Source: Guillardia theta CCMP2712
Taxonomy: Eukaryota > Protista > Cryptophyta
Assembly: GCF_000315625.1 (NCBI RefSeq)
Contig: NW_005434673.1
Location: forward strand, 520,270 to 584,269
DNA length: 64,000 nucleotides
Reading direction: 5' to 3'
Within the stretch, counting starts at the first letter, position 1. The number at the start of each line of letters is the position of its first letter. Of the stretch, positions 12,427-24,999 are shown one piece after another. The position numbers and the translations under genes are program-made. The notes below the pieces were generated by a model that saw only the letters and a list, made by a program, of their open reading frames with translations, was not told where the DNA came from and made no database searches.

Positions 12427-15400
12427 TCAAGCGAGAAATGTCCGCCGCCCACCCGCCCCCGGACTAACTCTTGCGCTCCACTCCTCCACTCCTCGCAAAA
12501 CCCTCCTTCTCACCGCTCGAGGTCTTCGTTTTTCCTCCCCGTCAGGTTGAGGATGTTCTCCTGTGCTAGCTGGCACATACTTGCTGCGTTCTTCAGTCCA
12601 TCCCCTTCCGACTTTATCCAGAACTACAGCAGGCTCGTCAGGCTCCCACCCTGCTCGCCTTCCTCCAACCACCTGCTCCGCCCTTGCGCACAGGACCTTC
12701 CACAGGTCCTCGTTCTGTGCCATCGCTACGTCTCTGCATGCCAGTGAGATCCAGTCTCGCCCCCGCTCCCCTCTCGGCTCGTCCTCGAACCCTCCCTGTT
12801 GCCTCCTCGCTGACCCGAGCTTCTCCAACCACCTCTTCCTACCTGCTGCAGAGGTCGACTGTCTCACGGAGTAGTGGAAAGTGCATCTAGAAGGAAAGAG
12901 TAAGCTGAGTGAAGCAGCGCTCGAGGCGCTACCGATGAGATGGAAACGAGAAATGGAGTCCAGACCCAGGAGTAGATGCGGCTGGCCCTCTCCCTATGTA
13001 CCGGCAATGAGCTGGTATGAGGAGGGGTATGAAAGAACAAGGGGGCAGGAAGCTGTGGAACAGGAAGAAGATGAGGACTTTGAAGGCGAGGACGAGGAGG
13101 AGGAGGAGGAGGAGGAGGAGGAGGAGGATAACCTGTGCTGCTTCCACTTGTCCGAGAAAGAAAGAATGGACATGGTACCTGCCAGAGAGTGAGCCAAGGA
13201 GTGTTCCTTCGACTAACCCAACTGCTCACTGGCAACATGAAGGAGGGAACGACGGTCGTTGAAGAACTTGTAGTCCAAGAAGCGCAGGTAGATGTCTGAT
13301 TCGCTCGAGGAGTTGGAGGGCAGGACGGACGGATCCGCCGAGTCCTCCATACTCTGCCCAAACTCGATGGGCTCGCCGAGGTCACGGCGGAATTCATCTT
13401 CCCCATTCGACGTCTGCTTCCTCGTGGTGAAGTTTTGGAACTCGGCGCTCGTGTTTGAGAGCTCCTCCTCCATTCTCTTCAAGCTCGGGGCTAAGTAGGG
13501 GCACCAGGTCCTGCAGTGGAGGATGAGACGGGGGGATGGACGGCGCAGGAAGTGGGTGTGAGAGTCGTATAGGATGAAGGGCAGGATCACGATCAATCTT
13601 CTTACCGTTCTAACTTGATGATCGCGTGTGCTATCTGAATGAAACCATCAGCCACTGCGAGTGGAAGGGAAGGGAAAGCCAAATGACGAGCACACCACGG
13701 ATGAGAACAGAAGAAGGGAGAGCAAGAGAGCAAGTGAGGAGTAGGAGTGGGAGGAGGTGAAGTCTATTGAGGCGGGGAGCAAGGCAGTCGGCTCAGTGTC
13801 ACCTGGGCGACGTACACGAGGTTCATCTTGCCAAAGATGGAGGGTTGAAAGATGCGGGAGAAAAGCATGTCGATGAGCTTCAGCCCAACTTTCTGGAGGT
13901 CGAGGAGCGTCAGCAGACTGTCGGAGGTAGCGAGCGAGGGGATCGCCGAGTGCTCACATTTTCATAGCCCTCGTTGACAGCTGTCAGACCTGCAAGTGCT
14001 GGTCAGGTGATGCCAGGAACACCAGGACGGAAGAGGCGAACGGCAGGGATAGCGGAGTGGTAGAAGGAAGGAAAGCGCGAGGGTGGAGAGGACAGAAAAA
14101 AAGGGAGGGAAGGGAGGGAGGGAGGGAGGGAGCTCAGGGGCGGAGGCCGGGGACGGCACGTACCCATCAAGGAATTGCAAAGGTCCATCTCATTGAAATG
14201 ATCGACGTGAAGCGGCGGCTGATCTTCAGCTTCGCCATCGATGGGGGCCGCGGGATCACCAGCAAGCTCGAGGATGTCGCAGATCTAACAAGGAACGAAC
14301 TGGATCAGTCCATTCTCTCCTCCTGCCTCGGCCGTGTTGATGCCGTACACCCGGCCTTCCAGGCGATTTCACTCTCCTCTTCTTCTCCTTTCCTCGTGTT
14401 GCCGTCCTTTCCTCTTCTGTCTTCCTACCCATCGTCCTCTATCCTCGTCTACTCTGTGCTTCGTCTTGAGCATTCCCTTAAGTTCCTGCTCTCGACAACC
14501 TACCATCCCCACTCGTTTCTTTCACCTGTTGGATCCTGACCGAGTCCCGGAACCCAGTCTGTCGAAAAGCAGCACATGTCAAAGTCCTCCAACGTCTTCG
14601 TGTTCTACTTCACCTTGCCGATTGCCCAGATAAAGTTGGACAGTCCCATTGCTGTAAAGTTTCGCTTCACAGAAGGAACAAGCGCCCTGCAAGTCAGGGT
14701 TGAGCACTGTGCGGTCTAAAGAATGCTCCAGAATGCAAACCGTTGGGTCAATGCTGAAATCAGCGCGGTGTCATTCCGGCCCAGGGAAGCGGCAGCATGA
14801 GCAATCGTTGAAACCCCGCGAGCATTCAACACGTTGCTGATAATGAGAAGTCATGAAAAGAGAGACTTGAGGAGCACGAGATTGGGAGGATTCGCGACCA
14901 GGAGATGATGAGCAGCGAGGATCAAAGTTAAGACAGTCAAAGCAAAAGGAGAAGGCTAGCAACGTAGAGGGGAAAACAGCAATGAGAAGAAGAAAACAAG
15001 TGATCAGGTTACCAAAACTGTTGGGCGCGGTGAAAAAGTCCATTCACGGCATATATGTAGTTCTTGCGGCTAAAAACCAAGATCTTAGCATGAAGAGAGG
15101 CAACCACTTGATTGCATTACCCTTGTCCGCGAGGAGGAGCTTTCGAAGATTTGGAATAGAGCGGCTGGCAGGAAGCTGTCAGTTCATAGAAGGGAAACGT
15201 TTCAGTACATCAGGTGTGAGAGCATCGAAGGAGCAGAGAATGGGTGAAGGTGAAGGGGGGAGGCGGAAAGGGAACAGTAGCTGATGAAATCATATGCTTA
15301 CAAGCTTCGTGAACTTGTTCAATGCTAACAAGACATGCCCAATTTGAAAGAAAGACTGGAGTCGACGACAAAAAGAGTCGGTCAGATCATGGTTGTCAAT

Positions 15401-16965
15401 ACAATGTAAAGAACACCGTCGATCCTCCTGACTGGGATCGATATGTAACAATCAGATCCACCTGAGAGAGAAATGATCAAAAATGATGGATCAGCGTAGA
15501 GGAAGGTCACAAGTTCTTCTCTGCTGCGAGCAGCTGCTATCTGAGGGGCAGATTTGTGAGCAAACCTTGCCTCGCACCTCCTGCCTTCCTCACCTGTTTC
15601 ATAGCAGCTACTCTATCAGGATAGTGTAAGGGATGTGTCTTCTTTTTGTAGACACCAGGGGCCTGCACCATTCCCGGCCTATACCTGCCATGACAGTCAC
15701 GGACGAGCTGAGGTAGAGGGCAACCTGGGGGTTGGCCCGGAAGGGGCCACGTCTCCCACCTCTGGTATGGTGGCCGCGGTTGCGTCCCACCGTCATTCTT
15801 TGATTGATAGAAATCTTTCCTGTGGGAGTATGACTGCTGCACTGCCCCCATCGGGTTCAACCCCTTGTCTTGCATCATCTGCCGGTCTCGAAATTCAGGA
15901 CGATCTCTCTCTCGCCGAGGGGGTTCAACCAGGTTTTCGTTTGCCTGCATCTGGCGTCTTTGGTACTCAGCAAAGAATTCCCGACCGCCATGTTGCTGAG
16001 GAGCACGAGACGGCATCATGTTGAAGTCTGCATGACAATCAGAACTTACTGCCACAAGAATATGGTGAATGCTGGTGGGTCCACCGGAAGACACGGAGGG
16101 GAGAGAAGCGCTTGTAACCGAGGCATCAAATGGAGGGGGAAGGAAAAGACACAGAGGAGAGAGCGCGGAAATGGAACATAGGAATGCCGTCACCTTGCAC
16201 TTCCTGTTGATACATGGGCTGCATGCCACGGAAGTTCATCGATGGCTGCATCGGGTTCATCTCCTGCAGGAATGCATTCACTTCACTCAGCCTTGAATTG
16301 TTCCGATCAAAAGCGGGTGGGGATGGGGCCGAGCGTCAGCTCACCTGGTACCCGGGCATTACACCTCGCGACATGCCTGCCCCGGCCTGTCTGTACTGAT
16401 CTGAGCAAGTTGAGTCACCCCAGAGTATGCAGCACAGCGCTCTCAAGGAGGCCCCTTACTTGCGTTGGAGAACATGGCAGGGTTGTTGCTTTCCATCCTC
16501 TCGATGTGACTGTCCTCAGCGTTTCAGTTTACAGAGCACAATGACGAAGAGGGGCTGTCACCCCCTCTGGCGAGGAAGCCCTTGCTGGAAGCTGTCCATC
16601 ATCGCATTCGGATCGTTCTGCTTGAACATGCCCCTGCAGCAACATGAGAGCAAGCGCGACGCTGTCGGTCCTTACATGCTGCTCATGGGCGGCTGATTCA
16701 TAGGGTGCTGCATCCCTCCCTGTTGCCATGGCGCCTCTCGCCTTTGCCACTGCTCTCCATTGCCGTAAACATCAGCATACTGGCCTATGTTCGGGTTCTG
16801 CTGCCGCATGTTCATGGGATAGTTTTCTCGCGCGTCCATCCTCCTGTCTCCGCCTCCTCTCAACCGGAGCACGTGCGTCTGAGAACGCGAGAGATCAGCT
16901 GCCCGAGTCCCATGGTGCAGTACTATGGCTAACACACAGATCGAATGCCAAAAACGACTGTGCAT
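12427..16965 (-). CDS. Signal-peptide-bearing protein with LRLRGG motif, Q/M-rich region and OPR-like helical repeats (putative organellar RNA-binding protein), many small exons; 3' end approximate
   Basis: ATG 16965 MHSRFWHSICVLAIVL..VLRLRGG. Spliced exons give FQIGHVLLALNKF, LNARGVSTIAHAAASLG and FTAMGLSNFIWAIGK (14614-14686), which resemble octotricopeptide repeats. GC-AG intron at 14285-14326. That all exons belong to one gene is inferred. Confidence 0.55.
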
Positions 16966-17695
16966 GGTTCTTCTACAAGGTGAGATTTCTGCCTGATGCT
17001 GTTTGCTTTGCTGTATGAATAGACAGCTCTGGACTCCGGGCGGGCGCAAACACAATGAGAAAGCTGCCAATGCTTGAAGCTCCCAGAGCGCACGAGGGCG
17101 GGTACAAGTCTTTTCTAATGCCCAAAACGTCTCCCCCCTGCTTGATGGATTGAGCAAGAACAAAGTCTAGCGGGCGAAGTGACTTGACTCCGTTACCGTC
17201 CTGCTGCAAAGATGCTGGACCAGGTGAGGGGGCCTGGGATGACGAGCAGGCAAACAATGGCAGACGGCCTAGGTAGGAGGAAAGTAGACGAGACTGCGAT
17301 CAACTCCAGGGGCATTCAGCTCTCATTCTCCTTGCCCTCCAACTTGTCTTGGTGTTTGTTTTCTGCAGTTTCTCCTCCTCCTCCTCCTCTCCCTTGTCCT
17401 TCTTCTCCTCGATCTGCTCCTCCTCCTCTACCGCTGATTCTGGCGCGCCATCATCGGTCGCTTCTTCCCTACCCCCTCTTGATTCTACCCCCACCCCATG
17501 TGAAATTTCCCCTACCCCCCAAAAAATACCACCCTACGATGTACTTGGTGCAAAGACTCGAAAGATAACCCCTTCCATGAGCTGAAGGCAGTAACCCCCT
17601 ACCCCCCGACATACACCCTCCTTCAGCACTGTTCACTACCCTACCCTACCCTACCTCATCACTGATTGGGATGTAACGGACGTACCCGTCAAGTC

Positions 17696-17910
17696 ATGCT
17701 CCTGGGCCGCTATGTGCTCTGCTGCAGGACAGCTTCCATGAGCCGTGAGTCTAAGTTCCTGGAGGAACAAGTGCGCAAGGAAGGATGTTTGGGATGGATC
17801 CTAGGCCCTACGGGGACGGGGAGGGCGATGGCGACGACGTCTTTCATGCAATCACTGAGCAAAGAGGGTTTCCCCTGGATGGTTTTGTGCTGCAGGGGAC
17901 ACAAGTACAT
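17696..17910 (+). pseudogene. Degenerate Crinkler-type P-loop NTPase fragment
   Basis: FLEEQVRKEGCLGWILGPTGTGRAMATTSFMQSL resembles the GWILGPPGTGKS motif of Crinkler (CRN) NTPases; Walker A Lys is replaced by Arg; truncated. Confidence 0.6.
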
Positions 17911-18180
17911 GAAGACTTGTACAGTACATGTTTGCTATGTTGCCATGGTGACTGAGAGAATCGCTGACTTGCTGTCACAACCTAGCTTGCCCAAAATATC
18001 AACTGCTGACAACCTGCTTCTGCCTCTTCCTGTCTGCCTTGTTTTCCATGCTTCGTTCAGGTCCTCTTCTTCATATAGCTCGATGGAGGTTGCTACCCTT
18101 CAATCAGGCTCTATTGCATGGCATACAGATACATTCAACGAAAAAGCCTCACGCAATCAGCCTGGACCGACGCCGCAAGA

Positions 18181-19850
18181 TTATCCACATGATCTTGGGT
18201 CCATCCCAGCCAAGTACGCTTGATTCTCTTCCTGGCCGCAAAGCCACCGGCACCTCGAGAGCATGCCCTTATTCTCCACCCTGCTTACCCTGAACTTGTC
18301 GACATTCTCCGTGGGAACGACAAATACAATCTCCACAGTACACAGTCCATGGGCTCCCTTGTATCCTCAAGGAGGTCCAAGCACTCTGAGAAGTACCGCA
18401 GCTTGAGGTCATGAGTCTCTGATATCGTCACCTGCACACAGCGCACAGTCTTTGTCTTCCAGTCCACCATCACAGCATCGTATCCCCCCTTATTCCACCA
18501 TCACAGCATCGTATCCCCCCTTATTCCACCATCACAGCATCGTATCCCCCCTTATTCCACCATCACAGCATCGTATCCCCCCTTATTCCACCATCACAGC
18601 ATCGTATCCCCCCTTATTCCACCATCACAGCATCGTATCCCCCCTTATTCCACCATCACAGCATCGTATCCCCCCTTATTCCACCATCACAGCATCGTAT
18701 CCCCCCTTATTCCACCATCACAGCATCGTATCCCCCCTTATTCCACCATCACAGCATCGTATCCCCCCTTATTCCACCATCACAGCATCGTATCCCCCCT
18801 GATTCCAGTTCAATGGCATCAGGCACACCCTCTCCCTGTTCTGCTTTCAGAATCGTAGACTTGCGTTGGGTCAAAAGTTTTGACAGCAAAAAACTCCCCA
18901 CTTGATTGACTCTTTCGTCCTAGTCGTCATCACCTGCAGCCCTGGCTCCTTCGCTGTCCGAGCAAAGAACAGCATCTCAAATAACACTCTCCGAAGTGTT
19001 TGATTCTCGTCATCCCAGGAAGCTCCTCTACCTTTCTCACAAACGATTCTTCATGTTTCTGCGCTAGCTCCGTCGCTACAAACTTGCTCATCAGCACCCA
19101 TTGCCCCCCGGCCTCCAGTACGATTCTTCCCGTGCAGCCGATTCACAAATTGTTCGGCTCGGTCCCCTATCCCAAAATTCAACACAGACTGAATATCAGT
19201 CACACTATCCATCGCGTCACTCAAATCTTGGATCGCTTCTTCCCTAGTGCTTTCAAGCATGTACCGGCACGAGCTTCTAACTATCTGATACTTTAACTCA
19301 ACCTCTCTCGCCCTTCTTTCGTACTCGAGTTCCCGCGGTTCATGCCTTCTGATCCTCTCCTTCAAGTTTCCCCTCAATCCCATCACGTCCTCCACGGCCT
19401 CATGGTACAGCAAGTCGTACTTGACGGCCTCCTGGTACTCCTCGAGCGTCTATGGGTATATTTTCAGTTCTTTCGCCTCTCCTCAAGATCTTGCCCATGA
19501 TTCTTCTTGCTTCTAGAGCCAGCGTACGCTCGTCTCCACAGTCCTTTCACGGCCTTCACGCGTCTTCTGCGCATTCTCCTCTTTGCTGCGAAGGTATTCC
19601 AGAAGACGATTCTCTGCTGCTTGAAGGCTTTCCCACTGCTTGTGCAAGTTCTCCTTCTCCTTGTGCAGGTTCTTCTGCTTCTTTTCGAGTTGTGCTTTAT
19701 CTGCTAGTATTTGTTTTTCTCTCTCCTCCAGATTCATCTGCACGACCCTCCAGTACTCTCTCTGAGCCCTTCCTCAAAAAGCTTCAGCACGGCCTAGCCT
19801 TGTTCTGCATCAGGTCCTTAAGCTCTGTGTGAAGGTTTCCTCCTGCGTCT
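18181..19850 (-). pseudogene. Crinkler/RHS-type (CR-NTPase + REase) effector pseudogene: coiled-coil N-terminus, post-NTPase helices, PD-(D/E)xK-like nuclease; frameshifted, NTPase core missing
   Basis: TLEEYQEAV, KYQIVRSSCRYM, IGDRAEQFVNRL, LFEMLFF, PLNWNQGGYDAVMVD..VRCVQVTISETHDLKLRYF and VEIVFVVP are read in different frames with stops. Confidence 0.7.
18463..18807. repeat. 31-bp minisatellite, 11 copies (TCCACCATCACAGCATCGTATCCCCCCTTAT)
   Basis: Units start at 18463, 18494 ... 18773; near-perfect, no spacers. Confidence 0.98.
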
Positions 19851-20102
19851 GAAGGTTGTCCTCCTTCTGAAGATAGTATCGGACATGCTGCCAGGCACGG
19901 TTCAGGAATGACGAGGTTCGGGGATCATAGGTAAAAGAGGGCGAGTCTTCTCCTCTTTACTCAAAGCCTCAGTTTATCAAGAGGAAAATGGAAAGAAACA
20001 GACAGTATACCGGACCCAACTACTTAAGGGAAAGGTGGGGGTTTAACAGCCGGGGCCCAGCAGAGAAAAGGGGCGGACTCAGCCAGAAAGGAAGCTGTAC
20101 GG

Positions 20103-22102
20103 TCATGATGGTAGAGAAGCGGGGGCCTGACGACCTACTATCATCTGCTGCGTGTCGGAAAGTTTCTTGATGACAAGGTTGCCTTGGATCTGGAACTTGA
20201 GGTCGATTTGATCAGGATTCCTGCACGCGGCACATGAGGACAGCGGACAAGAAGTGCAAGGCAAGGCCGGGGACCTCAAAAGTTTCTCATAGTCGTCAGA
20301 GATCACAATCTTCTTCTCCACTTTGAACCGCGGGATCGACGATCGCATCGAACTTATCATCTGCTCCATATCAGTCGAGGCTCGCAGCCTTAGCTTGCCC
20401 TTACCGAAGGAGAGTCCTCGATGCATCTTGACAGCGACTGGAAGGCATCAGGGAACGAACGACTAGTCCGACAGACAGCAAACCTTGTACTTGCCGTATT
20501 CCGGGTTGTACTCTGTAAGCCCCTTTCCTTCTTCATTCTTCTCCATACTTCTGCTCTGCATGCTCTGCCACCATCTCTTCATCACCACGAGGCTGTGCCA
20601 TCGGGGCGCTACGCACCTGCGCTCCAAAGTATCTCCTTGGAGACTCCTGCACGCGCTTGGCGATGCTTCCTTCCCCCCTAGGACAGTTTTCTAGATTGTA
20701 GAAAGCCTGTATGTTTGGCTGGGGCTTGGCGGCAGAGAAGCGAGGAGTGCTGCTGTTGAGGTTCGAGTATCTCCTGGGAGAGGTCAAGATGCTGCAAGCC
20801 ACTGTAGGTTTGATAGGGCAGTTCTCGAGATCGTAATGACTTCTTGGAGTGTTCTCGTCCCTGATCGTGTCGAATTTGAAGGGTTTGGCGATAGCAAAGA
20901 ACGGATTCCCCGAAGTCTGCGTCGCCTTCCAGATCGATTTCTTGTTCCCGCTGTCCACGTCGTAGAACCTGTCCGATGCCGCATACGAAGTCTTGGACTC
21001 TTTTCGCCCCGTAGCTAGGAATGAGCTGATACAAAGCAGATAAGGAGAAAGCACAAGAACTTATGCACCCTGAAGCAACTCACCTCTTGCAACCTGATTT
21101 CTCTTGCGCGCTCGTTGCAATGGTTGTCTTATTCAGGACGTCAAGCTTGTATATCGCATCAGGGACAGCTGAATGGCATTAGCAAGTGACGATGAAACTG
21201 TTTAGCATCTCACCATGATGCGGTTCATGAATACGAGGAGAGGATGAATTCATGATCGCATACCGCCTTGGTGACTTGTGCAGGCGGCTGAACCAAGAAG
21301 TGACTCAAGACATGAAGAGAGCAGCATCAAGTGAAGCAGGCATATCAGAATTTTCAACAACTCACTATGACAGATCGTGGAGCTTTGAATCATAGTCTCC
21401 GTGCACCTGATCAACCCTTCAGAAACGCACGGAGCATATACGTTGATATACGAACCTCTGTCTCAACCTCCGCTCTGGGAGTCTTGGACTTCATGATGCT
21501 GTACTTTTGCGGAGACGATTGTACTGCCTGGAAGAAAGCAACATGATACATGCACGGCTGCAGTCATGGTCAAACCTTGACGAGATCTATCTTATTCATG
21601 GTATTGACTTCATAGGTTGCCTCAGGTAGAGATGAGTTTCGTGCCGGAAACCTGGTTGTTCGTAAGAATCAGTTCGCCGCCATTGCACAGGATAGGAGAA
21701 GCTGCGACACATGCTTCACCTCGGCTCTGTAAAGTTGAAGGAGTAGTTCCGGTGATCATCTGCGGGAGAATGACTTCAACGTAGCAGGAAAGAAGGGTTA
21801 GCACCCTGGACCCTCTTAGCTATCGTTGACTTGTTGAGGTGGTCTATGTCGTACACGAGATCACTAGTTGGTTCGATCGCAGAGGACTTCACGCTGGGCT
21901 TCCGGAAAGTCGATGCATACTTCCGCGGCGAGGTCTGGACGTCATTGGACAGCTCCCCCACCTTCACGTTATAGAACAGATTTCGACTCTCATTCTGTGC
22001 GCCGACATCTTTGAACCTATCTATGTTTGATTTGAAAGCAGCTGCATACAGCCGAGGAGAGGATGCAATCTCTGCGTCAAGCTCTTGAACCGTGAGTGGC
22101 AT
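20103..22102 (-). CDS. Hypothetical protein with repeated Y-D/N..NKxTI..V..SPRxY motifs (possible ciliary/microtubule-associated repeat protein), multi-exon
   Basis: Spliced exons give repeats such as YDIDHLNKSTIAKRVQ, YEVNTMNKIDL..SPQKYS, YDVDSGNKKSI, YDLENCP..SPRRYS and YNLENCP..SPRRYF. The start codon is uncertain. Confidence 0.65.
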
Positions 22103-24008
22103 CACCAATGCTTCCTCTGACTCTCCTTGAGCCCACGTCAGGAAACGGCACTGCTCTCGGGGCTATAACCCTTCCCCTCTCGAGGGCAAAGACCCTCCTC
22201 TTCCAGATAAGATCACAGCTCAAGGAAGTCAGCTCATTGCAAGCGCAGGTTGTGCTTCAACCTTGCCTCCTCCTCCTCCTCCTCCTCTCTCCTTGACTCT
22301 CGTCGCCCAACTAACCGCATGTCCGCACAACGGCCCAATATAACGGTGAAATCTGCTGTGTAACGGAAAAGGTCCATCGGGCCGCGCCGGCTCCGGCCCG
22401 GCCGGTTCATTGATGATCACTCAACTTCGATGAGAAAATTTGATTAAAAACTTTCCAAACCAGCTTGCGACTGGGCGCCGCCGGGCAGGGTAGGAGTCAG
22501 GCCCGGCCACCCGGCCCGCCCGGGCTATTCCCCAGATCTGTCGCGAATTGTACCCTCATCCCCTCCGACCCTTTTCGAGCACCCCACCCCACTATGGAGT
22601 ACCCCACCCCAGAATTTCATCATCACCCCACCCTTGTGGTATCACGTCTCGGTTTCCCCTAAAGTTGTAGAGCTGATCCCCTTCTTTCCACACCCCATCC
22701 TTCTTTTTAATACCCCACATTTTAATATGAATGTAACGGGTACAATGCTGATGATTATATACCCCCACCCCATCCATTGCAGCGGCTCCTGGAATTTTCG
22801 TTTCTGACCAGTCCGAAAGGCTGGTTGTTCTGACCCCACCCCGTTAAGCAACGATCATCACCCTACCCATTCCCCAAGAAGATTGACAACCCTTCCCAGA
22901 CCAAATAGTACCCCCACCCCACTCCCCACCCCCTCTGCAACGAGCTGTCTCAACCGCCCTTCACACACGAAACAGAAAAAGAGCAGACACATTGGACTAC
23001 CCCCTGAACCCCTTCAGTACTACCCCTACCTCATCTCCGAGCCACCCACAAAAAGGGGTGGAGCAGGAATTCTCCACATGCGGCTCTTCGAGGAAACCAC
23101 CGGTCATTCTATACTGAATAAGTCGGAGAGTACCCCTCCCATTCGCATCTATTAGAAACATTGCTGTCATGACCCATGCGAACCTCCATGTCAAAAACAA
23201 CCACCCCCTTTATGAGCCAATAAATGACCCCTACCCATCCCTCCTCGCGTCGTCAGGGGTACCGATTGCAACTTGGGGAATAATTCTTCCCCAAATTTAC
23301 TACATTCCACGAATTTTGAAAACACATCTCTTTGGAATTGATGACGGGGGGGTGGTATCACCGGTACCTCTGACTGAAGCAATAGGGGTACTCGTTGTTT
23401 CCTCCTATCACCGGTCATTTCGTCTTCAAGTTCCCTGGTAGGGTAGTGAATAAGTACCGGAGTTTACGACCGACAAAGTACGGGTAGCGATGTCCGATCT
23501 GCTGCACCCGTCCTGCTTATAGGAAAAGAAGGGGTGTGCCGCATTTCAATGCACCGGTCTCTTTCTCATAAAAAAGAGGGGTGCTTCTCTAAATATAACG
23601 GGGAGATCCAGATAATTCACCACCTACATTTCATTCATACCTACCGGTAGTTTACACCAGATTTTTGTGGTCCGAAGCGTGGTAGGGTGACTACCCCCAC
23701 CCCCACTTTCTCTACCCCCACCATATCCACGTTTCCTCCAGTCTGGCTTGCATCCTCCCCGATCTCGCCGCCACTCTCGTGGTGTTCCTCCTCTCTCCCC
23801 CCTCCCCCCCTCCCTCCCCCCTCCCTCCTCCCTCTCCCTCCCTTCTTCCGGACGAGCTTCTTGGCGCACACAGCATCTCGTCCTTCCCCGAAGCTAGACC
23901 CGTTGCCCTGTACGTCGCCAGATTTCATCCGTTTCGTGAGCGAAAGTAGAATCTAGCAGAATACGACCAATCGTGAAATTTTCAAACTGGCGAGACCAGG
24001 TTGCAACA

Positions 24009-24632
24009 ATGTCGGTGGTTCATCACTCTCCGAAGTTGACTTGTTACGATTTTGTGGACTGTAGCCCTACAAACTCTGATTATTACACTTCGGAAGTGAA
24101 GTTTGATCCGCAATCTCTCACGTGCCTGCTACGTGCGGAAGAAGAAAGAATACCGCAATGCTGGAGGCGTTTCGATGAAGAACTATGCAGAACAGAGAGA
24201 ATATCTATCAAAAAATTGATTGGCAGCTTAGAATCTGACAGGGATGGAAGCTCTAGCTCGTATTCAAGCAGCACCTACAACAGCGGGACTGAATCTTCGC
24301 ATACATCTCCTCATGTTTCGTTTGCTTCGACTGAACTGCGGCGGGGTTCTAGCAGGGCATCGCAGTTGAGTCTGTCGTGGAATGATATCAAGAGGAAGGG
24401 TGTCGAATGTGGAAAATCAGCTTCAAACCTGTTTTGCTCGGCCCCAGTCACAAATATTCGCAATTGGGCTAGGAACCAGAGTATGAAAGTTACCAACATC
24501 TCACTTGTTAAGAGCATTGCGAAAAGGTGCCGAAGCAAAACAGAAATTGAATTGGAGCAGGAAGAACTCATGATGCTTTTTCAATCTGCTTTGAAGTGTG
24601 GTTCTGTGAAGTTGGCGGAAGCAGACAAATAG
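24009..24632 (+). CDS. Hypothetical Ser-rich protein, intronless
   Basis: Uninterrupted 207-codon ORF from ATG 24009 in an AT-richer region; no recognisable domain. Confidence 0.6.
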   Translation: MSVVHHSPKLTCYDFVDCSPTNSDYYTSEVKFDPQSLTCLLRAEEERIPQCWRRFDEELCRTERISIKKLIGSLESDRDGSSSSYSSSTYNSGTESSHTSPHVSFASTELRRGSSRASQLSLSWNDIKRKGVECGKSASNLFCSAPVTNIRNWARNQSMKVTNISLVKSIAKRCRSKTEIELEQEELMMLFQSALKCGSVKLAEADK

Positions 24633-24999
24633 AACAGGACTAGGGAATATTTGTTTGACATATTCTTTCAAGAAAGTGACATGTACATATAAAAATCTTC
24701 TTTAGTTCCGCCTCTCCTTTGATATCTGAATAAACCAGAAGCTTCATTGAAACAACAGATCCGATCTCTTCGTGTACCTGGTTTCTCCGTCGATTTTTCA
24801 CGTCTACATGAGTATTCATTCTATGTTGTGCACAAAACCTTGGCGAGAACAAGATGCCACGTAAAGAGAAACATACAATTCAGAGCTAATTTCACATCAA
24901 TCGTAGGAACTCTTACCGATCTGTGCTGTTCGGATCGCCATAGCTCGGCCTTCTTTTGCAGCCATCAAAAGAGCATCCTGTTACATCACTCAATCATCT

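Noticed and set aside
18463-18807. CRISPR array (31-bp repeats)
   Set aside because: Units are contiguous with no unique spacers, there are no cas genes, the context is eukaryotic, and the unit derives from host coding sequence.
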